Shown: piece after piece, positions 14,388-24,516 of the stretch
Position numbering within the stretch: the stretch's first letter is position 1
Layout: every line of letters begins with the position of its first letter
Assembly (NCBI GenBank): GCA_034521595.1
Contig: JAXHMG010000003.1
Coordinates: 1,984,001-2,048,000, forward strand
Length of the DNA: 64,000 nt
Origin: Gemmatimonadota bacterium
GTDB taxonomy: Bacteria > Gemmatimonadota > Gemmatimonadetes > Longimicrobiales > Gaopeijiaceae
Direction: 5' to 3'
Position numbers and translations under genes: made by a program
The notes under the pieces: generated by a model
Told to the model about the DNA's origin: nothing
The model's database searches: none
The model's input: only the letters and a program-made list of their open reading frames with translations

Positions 14388-14608
14388 TGAAGGTCTACAC
14401 GTACTCCGAAGCACGACGCATCCTCGCCCGGGTGCTGAACGAAGCGCGTGAAGACGGTGAGATCCGCATCCGGCGCCAGGACGGCACCGAATTCTCGATC
14501 CGCCCGGTCGAGCGGACCGGATCAGCCCTCGACGTCCCGGCCGCCCGCACCGACGTCACCCGCGACGAGATCGTCGAGGCCGTCCGCGAATCGCGACGGG
14601 GAGGGTGA
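14387..14608 (+). CDS. Phd/YefM family antitoxin
   Basis: MKVYTYSEARRILARVLNEA...IRIRRQDG; TGATG coupling to vapC. Confidence 0.85.
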   Translation: MKVYTYSEARRILARVLNEAREDGEIRIRRQDGTEFSIRPVERTGSALDVPAARTDVTRDEIVEAVRESRRGG

Positions 14609-14856
14609 AGACACGCATCATCCGCATCGGCAACTCTCGCGGGGTCCGCATCCCAAAGGTCCTTCTCGAGGAATCGGGTCTTGACGGCGATGTCGAGCTG
14701 CGGGCGAGCGAGGGAAAAATCCTGATCGAACGACCGCCCGAAGCCCGTGCCGGTTGGTCGGAGGCGGCACGGCTGGTCCGCGAGCGCGGCGAAGACGGTC
14801 TGATCGACGAGCCCACCCCCACCGAATTCGACGACAACGAGTGGGCGTGGGAGTGA
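14605..14856 (+). CDS. AbrB/MazE family antitoxin
   Basis: MKTRIIRIGNSRGVRIPK...PRAGW-like segment...EFDDNEWAW. Confidence 0.88.
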   Translation: MKTRIIRIGNSRGVRIPKVLLEESGLDGDVELRASEGKILIERPPEARAGWSEAARLVRERGEDGLIDEPTPTEFDDNEWAWE

Positions 14857-15013
14857 CCCCATTCGTTGCCGTTTCGGGGAGCGAGACGGATTCGTGGTCC
14901 TGGACCAGCTCCGCACCGTCGACCGGTCGCGGCTCGTGCGGAGGGTGGGCTCGGTTTCCGCGGAAACCGTGTCGAGCGCGCTCGAGGTGCTGCGCGCCAT
15001 GTTCGACGAGTGA
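14841..15013 (+). pseudogene. PemK/MazF toxin with internal deletion
   Basis: GTG GGC GTG GGA GTG start joined out of frame to RCRFGERDGFVVLDQLRTVDRSRLVRRVG...LRAMFDE*; N-terminal catalytic half absent. Confidence 0.75.
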
Positions 15014-15025
15014 GGCGGGTTCTTC

Positions 15026-16012
15026 CTACCCCACCTCCGCGCACCACGCCTCGTTCTCGAGGTACCATTGCACGGTGTCCGCCAAGCCGTCCGTGAAGTC
15101 CCGGGTGGGCCGCCAGCCCAGCTCGGCCTCCGCGCGGGAGAAGTCGATGGCGTAGCGCCGGTCGTGCCCGGGCCGGTCCGTGACGTATTCGATGAGCGTC
15201 TCGGGCTTGCCGAGCACGTCGAGCAGCGTGCGCACCACGGAGAGGTTCGTCCGCTCGGCGTCGCCGCCGAAGTTGTAGACGCGGCCCGCCCGCCCCCGCT
15301 CCGCCGCGGCCAGCAGGCCGGCGCAGTGGTCCGAGACGTGGATCCAGTCGCGCACGTGCAGCCCGTCGCCGTAGACCGGGAGCGGCTCCTCGGCGAGCGC
15401 GCGCGTGATCATGAGCGGGATGAGCTTCTCGGGGTGCTGGTAGGGCCCGTAGTTGTTCGAGCACCGGGTGACGACCACGTCGAGGCCGTGGGTCGCGTGG
15501 TAGGCGTGGGCGAGGTGGTCGGCAGCGGCCTTGGTGGCGGAATACGGGGAGCGCGGCGCGAGCGGCGTGTCCTCGGTGAAGCGGGGAGCGGGGTCGTGGT
15601 CGGCGCCGGGGTCGCGCCACGGCAGCTCGCCGTAGACCTCGTCGGTCGAGACCTGGACGAACCGCCCGACCCCGTGCCGGAGCGCCGCGCTGAGGAGGAC
15701 CGCGGTGCCGGTCACGTTCGTGCGCACGAACGGCGTGTCGGCCTCGATGGAGCGGTCCACGTGCGACTCGGCGGCGAGGTGGAAGACCACGTCGATGCCC
15801 GACATGAGCTCGTCCACCAGTCCCGCGTCGCAGATGTCGCCGTGCACGAACGTGTGGCGCATGTCGCCTTCGACCTCGGCGAGGTTGTCGAGGTTCCCGG
15901 CGTAGGTGAGGCTGTCGAGGCTCACGACCTCGGCGTCGAGACGCTCGGCGAGCAGGTGCCGCACGAAGTTGGAGCCGATGAAGCCGGCCCCACCCGTGAC
16001 GAGGGCCTTCAC
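15026..16012 (-). CDS. rfbB: dTDP-glucose 4,6-dehydratase
   Basis: GGAGFIGSNF, AAESHVDRSI, STDEVYG, YSATK, DRPGHDRRY. Confidence 0.95.
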   Translation of the reverse strand: MKALVTGGAGFIGSNFVRHLLAERLDAEVVSLDSLTYAGNLDNLAEVEGDMRHTFVHGDICDAGLVDELMSGIDVVFHLAAESHVDRSIEADTPFVRTNVTGTAVLLSAALRHGVGRFVQVSTDEVYGELPWRDPGADHDPAPRFTEDTPLAPRSPYSATKAAADHLAHAYHATHGLDVVVTRCSNNYGPYQHPEKLIPLMITRALAEEPLPVYGDGLHVRDWIHVSDHCAGLLAAAERGRAGRVYNFGGDAERTNLSVVRTLLDVLGKPETLIEYVTDRPGHDRRYAIDFSRAEAELGWRPTRDFTDGLADTVQWYLENEAWCAEVG

Positions 16013-16761
16013 CGCCAGCCACCCGGCTCGGTGAGCACCGGATTGTCACGATCCCGGGCGACGAGCTCGACCGCCCGGTACAGCGAAGGCACGGTGCCCG
16101 CATCGGTCCACCAACCCCGCACGAGGTGATGCTTCATGGTCCCGGCCTGGATGTAACGGTTGTTGACGTCCGTGATCTCGAGCTCGCCGCGGTGCGACGG
16201 CTCGAGCGTTTGCACGATGTCGAAGACCGAAGCGTCATACATATAGCAGCCGGTCACCGCGTACGGCGTCGGCGGCACGGCGGGCTTCTCGACGATCCCG
16301 CTCACCCGGTCGCCCTCGAGCGTGGCCACGCCGAAGCGCTGGGGGTCGTCGACCTCCTTGAGCAGGATCATCGCGCCCCGGGGGTCGGCACGGAACCGGG
16401 CGACCGCGTCGGCGATAGGGTCCTGGAAGATGTTGTCACCGAGCATGACGACCACCGGCTCGCCCCCGGCGAAGTACCGCGCCAGCCCGAGCGCCTCCGC
16501 GATGCCGCCTTCGCCGTCCTGGTAGGCGTACTTGAGCTGCTCGAGCCCGAACTCGTGGCCGTTCCGGAGCAGGCGCAGGAAATCCCCCGCGCTGTCGCCT
16601 CCCGTCACGACGAGGATGTCGTCGATGCCGGCGTCCACGAGCTGCTGGATGGGGAAGTAGATCATGGGCCGGTCGTAGACCGGCAGCAGGTGCTTGTTCG
16701 TCACCCGGGTCATGGGAAGGAGCCGGCTGCCGAGGCCTCCGGCCAAAATGACGCCCTTCAC
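16009..16761 (-). CDS. rfbA: Glucose-1-phosphate thymidylyltransferase (short SpsI-like form)
   Basis: KGVILAGGLGSRLLPMT, NKHLLPVYDRPMIY, RGELEITDVN, WTDAGT. Confidence 0.88.
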   Translation of the reverse strand: MKGVILAGGLGSRLLPMTRVTNKHLLPVYDRPMIYFPIQQLVDAGIDDILVVTGGDSAGDFLRLLRNGHEFGLEQLKYAYQDGEGGIAEALGLARYFAGGEPVVVMLGDNIFQDPIADAVARFRADPRGAMILLKEVDDPQRFGVATLEGDRVSGIVEKPAVPPTPYAVTGCYMYDASVFDIVQTLEPSHRGELEITDVNNRYIQAGTMKHHLVRGWWTDAGTVPSLYRAVELVARDRDNPVLTEPGGWR

Positions 16762-17642
16762 GTGAGCTCTCCCGTCTCGGTCAGGAAGCGGCGCAGCGCC
16801 TCGCGCCAATTCATGCGCTTTCGTCCAAGAAGCGCTTCGGTGCCCGCCACGTCCAGGACCGAGTACGCGGGGCGCGGGGCCGGCGCTCCCCACTCGGCGG
16901 TCGACACCGGCCCGATCGGCGCGTCCACGCCGCACAGCCGGAAGGCTTCGCGGGCCAGATCGAGCCAGGTGGCCTCGCCGCCGTCCGCCACGTGCCATAC
17001 CCCGCGGGCGCGGCGCTCGAACAGGTCCAGCATGCCCTCCGCCGTGTTCCGCGCCCAGGTGGGCCGCCCCCGCTGGTCGTCGACCACCCGGAGCTCTTCC
17101 GCTCCGGCCTCTCGCGCTCGCGCACGGCCTCGCTCCAGCATCGCCGTCACGAAGTTCCGCCCTCCGGCGCCGTACAGCCAGCTCGTGCGCACCACCAACG
17201 CCTCCGGCGCGGACGCCAACGCGACCCGCTCCCCCTCCAGCTTGCTCCGTCCGTACACGGACCGCGGCGCGGGAGGGGTGTCGGGAGGGTACGGGGTCGC
17301 CCGCTCTCCGTCGAAGACGTAGTCGGTGGAGGGGTAGATGAGGCGGGCTCCGGCTTCGGCCGCCGCACGGGCCACGTGGGCGGTGCCGTCCCGGTTGACG
17401 CGGGCCGCGAGCTCGGGCTCCTCCTCCGCGCGGTCCACCGCGGTGTAGGCGGCACAGTGGACGACCAGCTCCGGCCCCTCACCACGGCCCCGGCCGACGA
17501 GGCACGCACGCACGGCGTCGGCGTCGGTCGCGTCGAGGTCGCCTCGCCCGGCGGCCTCGACCGTGTACCCCCGGCGCGTCGCCACGGCCACCACCTCGCG
17601 CCCGAGGAGGCCTTCGGCGCCGGTCACGAAGACGCGGGTCAC
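16758..17642 (-). CDS. rfbD: dTDP-4-dehydrorhamnose reductase
   Basis: VTGAEGLLG, CAAYTAVDRAE, STDYVFDG, YGRSK, VVDDQRGRPT. Confidence 0.93.
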   Translation of the reverse strand: MTRVFVTGAEGLLGREVVAVATRRGYTVEAAGRGDLDATDADAVRACLVGRGRGEGPELVVHCAAYTAVDRAEEEPELAARVNRDGTAHVARAAAEAGARLIYPSTDYVFDGERATPYPPDTPPAPRSVYGRSKLEGERVALASAPEALVVRTSWLYGAGGRNFVTAMLERGRARAREAGAEELRVVDDQRGRPTWARNTAEGMLDLFERRARGVWHVADGGEATWLDLAREAFRLCGVDAPIGPVSTAEWGAPAPRPAYSVLDVAGTEALLGRKRMNWREALRRFLTETGELT

Positions 17643-17718
17643 GGAACGCACCACGGGCCTTCCCGGTCGATGGCCGGGAAGGCCCGTCGCACACTTCGGA
17701 AATTGACGTGCCGCGAGG

Positions 17719-17931
17719 TCAGGTGCCGGCCGCGACCGCGGGCGCCTTCTCGACCTTTCCGGCGTGAATGCACTGGGTACAGACCCGCACACGCCGCCGC
17801 ACGCCCTCACGGTCGATGATCTTCACCGACTGGAGGTTGGGCAGCCAACGACGCTTTTTCTTGTTGTTGGCGTGGCTGACGTTGTTGCCGATGCCCGGTC
17901 CCTTCCCACACGTATAGCAGATGCGTGCCAT
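17719..17931 (-). CDS. rpmB: 50S ribosomal protein L28
   Basis: [34 protein letters not shown]. Confidence 0.95.
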   Translation of the reverse strand: MARICYTCGKGPGIGNNVSHANNKKKRRWLPNLQSVKIIDREGVRRRVRVCTQCIHAGKVEKAPAVAAGT

Positions 17932-17932
17932 G

Positions 17933-18538
17933 TCAGTCCTCGTCTCCTTCGGGACCGCCCGCGCCGCTCGGCGCGGCGCCCGCGGTATCTTCGTCTTCGC
18001 CACTCTCTTCCGGCAGAACCATGACGGCGGTGGCCTCGATGAAGTGGGTCGCGAACTCCGCCGCGAGCCGGTCTCCTTCACCGATGTGGCCGGCGTCCAC
18101 CCAGTCCGTCAGGATCGAGTCGTTGATGGCCAGCACGTCGCCCGTGACGCTCACGTTGGCGCCTTCCTCGAGCGGACCCGCTCCCGCGACCTGGGCGCCG
18201 GAGGGAACCGAGATCAGGAACGGGTTCCCGTTCGGCATCTCGAGCCAGTAGCCCTGCTCGCCCAGCAAGCTGGCTACCGGAAGCGACTCCACCGTGATCG
18301 AGTCGTTCTCGAAGGGCGACGCATCCATCTGGATCCGCTCCGGATTGATGACCGGAGGCCGGTTCGCCTCGCGCTCCTCAGCTGCGGCGACCGAATCGGC
18401 GTACGCTTGCTGCTCCGCCATCTCCCGGGCAGCCTCGCCGTTGAGCCAGTACAGAAATCCCCCGATGACCGCGAATGCGAGAATCATCAGCGGCGTACCG
18501 AGGTTGGTCGCGCCGCGTCGGGAAGCCTTGTCCGCCAT
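17933..18538 (-). CDS. Hypothetical acidic single-pass membrane protein
   Basis: Clean 201-aa ORF, N-terminal TM segment, tight spacing between rplQ and rpmB. Confidence 0.75.
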   Translation of the reverse strand: MADKASRRGATNLGTPLMILAFAVIGGFLYWLNGEAAREMAEQQAYADSVAAAEEREANRPPVINPERIQMDASPFENDSITVESLPVASLLGEQGYWLEMPNGNPFLISVPSGAQVAGAGPLEEGANVSVTGDVLAINDSILTDWVDAGHIGEGDRLAAEFATHFIEATAVMVLPEESGEDEDTAGAAPSGAGGPEGDED

Positions 18539-18590
18539 TTACGTCGTCCTGTCTGATCTGGAGTCGACCGCTTACGAAGAGCGGCACAAA

Positions 18591-18944
18591 CTAATCGACG
18601 AGCTCGATGAGCGACATGTCCGCCGCGTCACCCTTCCGATTGCCCAGCTTGAGGATGCGCGTGTAGCCCCCGGGCCGCTCGGTGTACCGGGGGCCGATAT
18701 CGTCGAAGAGCTTCCCGAGCACCATCCTGTCCTGGATCTTGCGGGCCGCGAGACGTCGCGCGTGCACATCTCCGCGCCGCGCCAGCGTGATCAGCCGCTC
18801 GGCATACGGCCGCAGCTCCTTCGCCTTGGCCGTGGTGGTTTCGATCCGCCCGTGCTCGAACAGCGCCGTCGCCATGTTGCGCAGGGTCGCCTTCCGATGC
18901 GTGGGCGATCGCGAAAGTTGTTTTCCCTTCTTGCGATGCCGCAC
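18591..18944 (-). CDS. rplQ: 50S ribosomal protein L17
   Basis: [12 protein letters not shown]...[10 protein letters not shown]. Confidence 0.97.
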   Translation of the reverse strand: MRHRKKGKQLSRSPTHRKATLRNMATALFEHGRIETTTAKAKELRPYAERLITLARRGDVHARRLAARKIQDRMVLGKLFDDIGPRYTERPGGYTRILKLGNRKGDAADMSLIELVD

Positions 18945-18946
18945 CG

Positions 18947-19990
18947 TTACTCCTCGCCACCCGCGGTGGCTTCAGCTTCCTCGTCGACGAAGAACAGGCG
19001 ACCATCGTCGCCCTCTTCGAGCTGCATCCCGAACCGCAGGCCCTGCTCGTCCAGAAAGTCCGTGATCTCCTTCAGCGACTTCTTGCCGAAGTTCTCGATC
19101 CCGAGCATCTGCTCTTCCGTCCGCTGAACGAGGTCGCCGAGCGTCTGGATGTTTTCCTTCTGGAGCGAGTTCCGCGACCGCACCGAGAGCTCCGCGAGAT
19201 CGTCGATCGGCTTCTCGAGCAGGTCCTGCAGGCGCTCCGGCACCGCGACGGCACCCTGGGGCGCGACCTCGGGCATGCCGCCCTGTCCGAAGTACAGCAT
19301 GTACTCGAAGTGCTTGCGGGCCAGCTCCGCCCCGTAACGGACCGCCTCGTCCGGGGTCACCGAGCCGTCCGTCTCCACCTGCAACGTCAAACGGTCGAAG
19401 TCCGTGCGCTGCCCCACCCGGGTCTCCTCGACCGTGAAGTTGGCCCGGCGCACCGGATTGTAGATGGAGTCGATGCGCACGAGATCCACCGGCGAGCCCT
19501 TGGGCAACGGATGTTGGTTGGCCAGCGCGAAGCCGCGGCCCTTGTTGACGTTCAGCTCCATGTGGACCTCGCGGTCCTCTTCGAGCGTGAAGAGGTGGTG
19601 CTCCGGGTCGAGCAACGAAGCCCCCGAAGCCTCCTGGATCTCCGCGGCCGTCACCGCCCCCGCCTTGCTCACGTGGAGCTCGAGCTTGGCCTCGTCGACG
19701 TCGTCGTCGAGCTCGACCACGAGCCCCTTGAGGTTCTGGATCACCTGGTGGACGTCTTCGGCCACGCCCTGAATGGTCTGGTGCTCGTGCACCACCCCTT
19801 CGATCCGGAACGACCACACCGCGGAGCCCCGCAGAGACGAGAGCAGAACCCGGCGGATGGAGTTCCCGAGCGTGTGGCCGAATCCGCGCTCGAGTGGCTC
19901 GAGCACCAAGACGGCACGGCGCGTGGGATCCGGCGAATCGAGAACCTCGATGCGCTCGGGGAGCACGAGCCCGGTCAGATCTATCTCCAC
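18947..19990 (-). CDS. rpoA: RNA polymerase alpha subunit
   Basis: [45 protein letters not shown] before GTG. Confidence 0.97.
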   Translation of the reverse strand: MEIDLTGLVLPERIEVLDSPDPTRRAVLVLEPLERGFGHTLGNSIRRVLLSSLRGSAVWSFRIEGVVHEHQTIQGVAEDVHQVIQNLKGLVVELDDDVDEAKLELHVSKAGAVTAAEIQEASGASLLDPEHHLFTLEEDREVHMELNVNKGRGFALANQHPLPKGSPVDLVRIDSIYNPVRRANFTVEETRVGQRTDFDRLTLQVETDGSVTPDEAVRYGAELARKHFEYMLYFGQGGMPEVAPQGAVAVPERLQDLLEKPIDDLAELSVRSRNSLQKENIQTLGDLVQRTEEQMLGIENFGKKSLKEITDFLDEQGLRFGMQLEEGDDGRLFFVDEEAEATAGGEE

Positions 19991-20051
19991 AATGTCCTCC
20001 TGATGGACCGTTGACGCCCGGGCCCGCATGGCGGGTACCCGGTTCGTCGGA

Positions 20052-20687
20052 TTACTTCGAGTACAGCTCGACGATCAGCTGTTCCTGGACCGCCAGCGGG
20101 ATGTCGTCACGCGTCGGTACCCGGACGACCCGGCCCACGCGGGCCTTCTCGTCCAGCGCCAGCCACTCGACGAGCGACGGCCGCGAGCGGGCCTCCAGGC
20201 TCGCCTCGATCGGGAGCAGGTCCTTCGACTTGGCCTTGACCGAGATCTCGTCGCCCGGCTTCAGATGGAAGCTCGGGATGTCGACGACGCGGCCGTTGAC
20301 CTCGACGTGGCGGTGGCGCACGAGCTGGCGGGCCGCCGAGCGGCTCTGCGCGAAGCCCATGCGAAACACGATGTTGTCGAGACGCGTCTCGAGCGCCACG
20401 AGCAGGTTCTCACCCGTCACCCCCGGCACGCCCGAGGCGCGGCGGAACAGGTTCCGGAACTGCTGCTCGTGCAGCCCGTACATGCGCTTCACCTTCTGCT
20501 TCTCACGGAGCTGGAGCGCATAGTCGGACTGCTTCCGCCGCCGCTGCTGCGCGGGCCCGTGGTGTCCGGGCGGGTAGCCGCGGCGGTCGACGGAGCACTT
20601 GTCCGTGTAGCACTTCTGGCCTTTCAGAAAGAGCTTCTCGCCTTCGCGGCGGCAGAGCTTACAAACGGGACCGGTATATCGTGACAT
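20052..20687 (-). CDS. rpsD: 30S ribosomal protein S4
   Basis: MSRYTGPVCKLCRREG, LETRLDNIVFR. Confidence 0.97.
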   Translation of the reverse strand: MSRYTGPVCKLCRREGEKLFLKGQKCYTDKCSVDRRGYPPGHHGPAQQRRRKQSDYALQLREKQKVKRMYGLHEQQFRNLFRRASGVPGVTGENLLVALETRLDNIVFRMGFAQSRSAARQLVRHRHVEVNGRVVDIPSFHLKPGDEISVKAKSKDLLPIEASLEARSRPSLVEWLALDEKARVGRVVRVPTRDDIPLAVQEQLIVELYSK

Positions 20688-20701
20688 AGTCGCTTAGTTC
20701 C

Positions 20702-21091
20702 TCAGACCCGACGCTTCTTGGGCGGCCGGCAACCATTGTGCGGCAGCGGCGTCACGTCCTCAATAGACTTGATGAAGAGCCCCGCCGCAGCGAGCGCCTG
20801 GATGGCCGATTCGCGGCCCGAGCCCGGTCCCTGGACGAGGACGTCGACCCGCTTCACACCCATGCCGGAGGCTTCCCGGCCCGCCTGCTCGCCGGCCACG
20901 GTCGCCGCGAACGGCGTCGACTTCTTGGAGCCCTTGAACCCGGACTTCCCGGCGCTCGCCCACGAGACGACGTCGCCCTTGCTGTCGGTGACCGTGATGA
21001 GGGTGTTGTTGAACGTCGCTTTGACGTAGGCGTACCCTTCCGCCTCGACGACCTTCTTGGTGCGCTTCGGACGCGCTTTCGGCTGTGCCAC
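20702..21091 (-). CDS. rpsK: 30S ribosomal protein S11
   Basis: [26 protein letters not shown]. Confidence 0.97.
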   Translation of the reverse strand: MAQPKARPKRTKKVVEAEGYAYVKATFNNTLITVTDSKGDVVSWASAGKSGFKGSKKSTPFAATVAGEQAGREASGMGVKRVDVLVQGPGSGRESAIQALAAAGLFIKSIEDVTPLPHNGCRPPKKRRV

Positions 21092-21118
21092 GTATAGTTT
21101 CCTCGGTTTCGGCTGCTG

Positions 21119-21499
21119 CTACTTTCTGGGAACCGGCTTCTTGCCGGCGATGGACCGGCGCTTGCCCTTGAGCGTCCGGGCGTTGGTGCTCGTGCGCTGC
21201 CCGCGCGCCGGAAGGCCTTTCCGGTGGCGAAGGCCGCGATAACATCCGATGTCCATGAGCCGCTTGACGTTCATGGATTTTTCGGTCCGGAGCGCGCCTT
21301 CCACCTTGTAGTGGTCCTCGATCTCGCGGCGGAGACGGTTCACGTCGTCGTCGCCGAGGTCGTGGGTGCGGAGGGCGGGGTCGATGCCGCACGCGTCGAC
21401 GATCTGCTTCGCCCGCGTGTGTCCGATTCCGTAGATGTAGGTCAAGGCGACCTCGACCCGCTTACCCCGCGGGAGGTCGACGCCTGCAATGCGTGCCAT
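21119..21499 (-). CDS. rpsM: 30S ribosomal protein S13
   Basis: [30 protein letters not shown]. Confidence 0.97.
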   Translation of the reverse strand: MARIAGVDLPRGKRVEVALTYIYGIGHTRAKQIVDACGIDPALRTHDLGDDDVNRLRREIEDHYKVEGALRTEKSMNVKRLMDIGCYRGLRHRKGLPARGQRTSTNARTLKGKRRSIAGKKPVPRK

Positions 21500-21543
21500 G
21501 GGCTACTCTTGGTTCCTGTGCCGGGCCTGGCGCCGTGCGGCGC

Positions 21544-21660
21544 TCAACCCTGACGCTGCTTGTGCTTCGGAGTTCTGGAGCAAATGATGCGGACCACCCC
21601 GTTGCGGCGGACCACCTTACAGTGCTCGCAGATCGGCTTGATGCTGCTTCGGACCTTCAC
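21544..21660 (-). CDS. rpmJ: 50S ribosomal protein L36
   Basis: [38 protein letters not shown]. Confidence 0.95.
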   Translation of the reverse strand: MKVRSSIKPICEHCKVVRRNGVVRIICSRTPKHKQRQG

Positions 21661-21722
21661 TTTGGCATCCCCACGTCCGTTTGTGGCAGAGCTTGGTAGT
21701 ATAACCCTCGTGAGACAGGCCT

Positions 21723-22517
21723 TCAAGCGCCTTCGGAGGACGGCATGACCGCCCCGACGGAGCTGTCCAACGCGGTCAGAATCCGGGGCCCTTCGGCCGT
21801 GATTCCGACGGTATGCTCGAAATGCGCGGAGAGCGCCCCATCCGAGGGCACGACCGTCCAGCCGTCGTCGAGCGTACGGATGTCCGGGGAGCCGGCCGAG
21901 AGCATCGGCTCGATGGCCAGCACCATGCCTTCGCGCAACAGCGGGCCGTGCCCGGGGCGTCCCACGTTCGGCACCTGAGGCTGCTCGTGCACGTCCCGCC
22001 CGATCCCGTGCCCGACCAGGTCGCGCACGATCGCGTACTTCGTCCCCTCGACCGTGCGCACGACCGCCGCGCCGATGTCTCCGACATGCTTGCCGGGCAC
22101 CGCCTCGGCGATCGCGTTCCAGAGCGACCGCTCCGTGATGTCGAGCAGCTCCTGCGCTTCCGCGCCGGCCTCGCCCACCGCGAAGGTCCAGCCCGAGTCG
22201 GAGCACCACCCGTCGAGGCGCACCCCGACATCCACCGAGACGATGTCTCCGTCCTCGAGAACTCGGTCCGCCGAAGCGATGCCGTGGACGATCTCCTCGT
22301 TGATGGAGATGCACACCGTTCCCGGAAACCCGTAGAGCCCCTTGAACTCCGGCTCCGCGCCCTCGTGCGAGGCGATGAACTCCTCGCAGAAGCGGTCGAT
22401 CTCGAGGGTGGACACGCCCGGACGAATCCGGGACGGGAGCTCGGCGTGGATGGCCGCGATGATCGCGCCTCCGCGAGCCATCAAGTCCATCTCGTCGGGC
22501 GTCCGCAGATGAATCAT
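21723..22517 (-). CDS. map: Methionine aminopeptidase type I
   Basis: [35 protein letters not shown]. Confidence 0.95.
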   Translation of the reverse strand: MIHLRTPDEMDLMARGGAIIAAIHAELPSRIRPGVSTLEIDRFCEEFIASHEGAEPEFKGLYGFPGTVCISINEEIVHGIASADRVLEDGDIVSVDVGVRLDGWCSDSGWTFAVGEAGAEAQELLDITERSLWNAIAEAVPGKHVGDIGAAVVRTVEGTKYAIVRDLVGHGIGRDVHEQPQVPNVGRPGHGPLLREGMVLAIEPMLSAGSPDIRTLDDGWTVVPSDGALSAHFEHTVGITAEGPRILTALDSSVGAVMPSSEGA

Positions 22518-23170
22518 CGGCGCGCACCCACGACCGCCTCGCGGAAGTCGTCGTAGACCTCGTCGAACGAGCGGTCGGCCTCGATGCGGACCACGTCGGC
22601 GGAGTGCGCTTCGTAGTGCGCGACGAGGGGCGCGGTCTGCTCGCGGTACACCTCGAGGCGCCGCTTCACGGTCTCCGGCGTGTCGTCGGCCCGGTGCACG
22701 AGCTCCTTTCCGCACTCGTCGCAGACGCCTTCTTCGGCCGGCGGATCGAAGTACGCGTTGTAGACCGCCCCGCACTCCGGGCACGACCGGCGTCCAGCCA
22801 GACGCTTGACCAACGTCTCGTCGGGCGCCTCGAACAGCGCGACCACTCCGACCGCGAGGCCGACGTCCGACAGGACCTCGTCGAGGCCCTCGGCCTGGGC
22901 GATGGTCCGCGGGAAGCCGTCGAGCAGAATGTCCGTACCCGACGGGAGCCCGGAGAGGTGCTCACGCACCAGGCCGAGGATCAGGTCGTCGGGCACGAGC
23001 TCCCCCGCGTCCATGTAGCTTTCGGCCTTCTTGCCCAACTCGGTGCCTTCGCGCCGCGCGGCCCGGAGCAGGTCTCCCGTGGAGACGTGCGCCGCACCGT
23101 TCTCACCGGCGAGGCGAACCGCTTGAGTTCCTTTCCCGACGCCCGGGGCGCCCAACAGAATCACGACCAT
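22514..23170 (-). CDS. adk: Adenylate kinase
   Basis: [18 protein letters not shown], zinc lid CPEC/CDEC. Confidence 0.96.
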   Translation of the reverse strand: MVVILLGAPGVGKGTQAVRLAGENGAAHVSTGDLLRAARREGTELGKKAESYMDAGELVPDDLILGLVREHLSGLPSGTDILLDGFPRTIAQAEGLDEVLSDVGLAVGVVALFEAPDETLVKRLAGRRSCPECGAVYNAYFDPPAEEGVCDECGKELVHRADDTPETVKRRLEVYREQTAPLVAHYEAHSADVVRIEADRSFDEVYDDFREAVVGARR

Positions 23171-23187
23171 CGACTGACTCACCTCGC

Positions 23188-24504
23188 TTACGTGTACTGC
23201 TGACGGCCGCGCATCTTCACCCGACCCTTCTTCATGAAGCCGTCGTAGTGGCGAAGCATCAGGAGCTGCTGCGCCTGCTGCACGGTGTCGAGCCCCACAC
23301 CCACGACGATCAGGAGGCTCGTGCCCCCGAAGAAGAACGTCTGGATGTTGAAGATGTCAAAGATCAGGAACGGGGTCAGCGCCACGAAGGCCAGGTAGAT
23401 CGAGCCCGGAAGCGTGACTCGTGTCAGCACCCGGTCGATGTACTCGGCCGTGCGCGTGCCCGGCTTCACGCCCGGAATGAACGCGCCCTGCTTCTTCAGG
23501 TTCTCCGCCAGGTCCACCGGGTTGAAGATGATGGCCGTGTAGAAGTACGTGAAGAAGAGGATGAGCAGCCCGTACGTGATGTAGTACGTCATCGTCTGCG
23601 GCTGAAACATCTCCGCCAAGGTGGACAGCGGCCCCAGATCGATGAACGCGGCGGCGGTGCCCGGCACGACGATGAACGACTGCGCGAAGATGATCGGCAT
23701 GACGCCCGCGGAGTTCACGCGGAGCGGCACGAAGCTCTTCTGGCCTTCTCGGATGCGCCCCCGCCCCACGACCTTCCGCGGGATCTGCACGGGGATCTTC
23801 CGCGCCGCCATGGTCATGGCGACGACGCCGCCGGTGACGCCGACGACCACGGCCAGCAGCGCGACCATCCCGAACACCGAGATCTCGCCGAGCGTGAACG
23901 ACTCCCAGGTCCGCGCCACGGCGGCCGGGAACGTCTGGATGATGGAGAAGAAGATCAGCAGCGACATCCCGTTCCCGATGCCGTGCTCCGTGATCTGCTC
24001 CCCGAGCCACATGACGAAGACGGCACCCACGGTGAGCGTGATGACCGTGGTGAACGTGAAGAGAAACCCGGGCGTGATGACCGCGCCGGGGATCGACTGC
24101 AGGAAGACCGAGTAGCCGTAGGCCTGCGCAGCCGAGAGGACCACGGTGGTGTAGCGCGTCCATTGGGTGAGCTTCTTGCGCCCCTCCTCACCCTCCTTCT
24201 GGAGCTTCTCGATCTTCGGGAAGACCGCGGCGAGGAGCTGGAACATGATGCTCGCCGAGATATAGGGCATGATGCCCAGGGCGAGAATCGTCGCCCGCGA
24301 CAAGCCCCCACCCACGAACATGTCGTAGATGCCGAAGAAGGTGTCCTGGAGCTGTCCGAACTGCTCCTGCAGGGCCGCCACATTCAGGCTCGGCACCGTG
24401 ATATGGGCGCCGGTCCTGTAAATGAGCAGGATGAACAAGGTAAAGAGGATCTTGTCCTTGAGCTCCGGCACCCTGAACAGGTTCGCGAGAGGGTTGTTCG
24501 CCAT
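23188..24504 (-). CDS. secY: Preprotein translocase subunit SecY
   Basis: ALGIMPYISASI, GIGNGMSL, AGVMPIIFA, FGGTSLLIVVGV. Confidence 0.97.
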   Translation of the reverse strand: MANNPLANLFRVPELKDKILFTLFILLIYRTGAHITVPSLNVAALQEQFGQLQDTFFGIYDMFVGGGLSRATILALGIMPYISASIMFQLLAAVFPKIEKLQKEGEEGRKKLTQWTRYTTVVLSAAQAYGYSVFLQSIPGAVITPGFLFTFTTVITLTVGAVFVMWLGEQITEHGIGNGMSLLIFFSIIQTFPAAVARTWESFTLGEISVFGMVALLAVVVGVTGGVVAMTMAARKIPVQIPRKVVGRGRIREGQKSFVPLRVNSAGVMPIIFAQSFIVVPGTAAAFIDLGPLSTLAEMFQPQTMTYYITYGLLILFFTYFYTAIIFNPVDLAENLKKQGAFIPGVKPGTRTAEYIDRVLTRVTLPGSIYLAFVALTPFLIFDIFNIQTFFFGGTSLLIVVGVGLDTVQQAQQLLMLRHYDGFMKKGRVKMRGRQQYT

Positions 24505-24516
24505 GGTCGGGCGTTC

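Noticed and set aside
10600-15020. Integron cassette array explaining the TA cluster
   Set aside because: No integrase and no recurring attC-like sites between the modules that I could see
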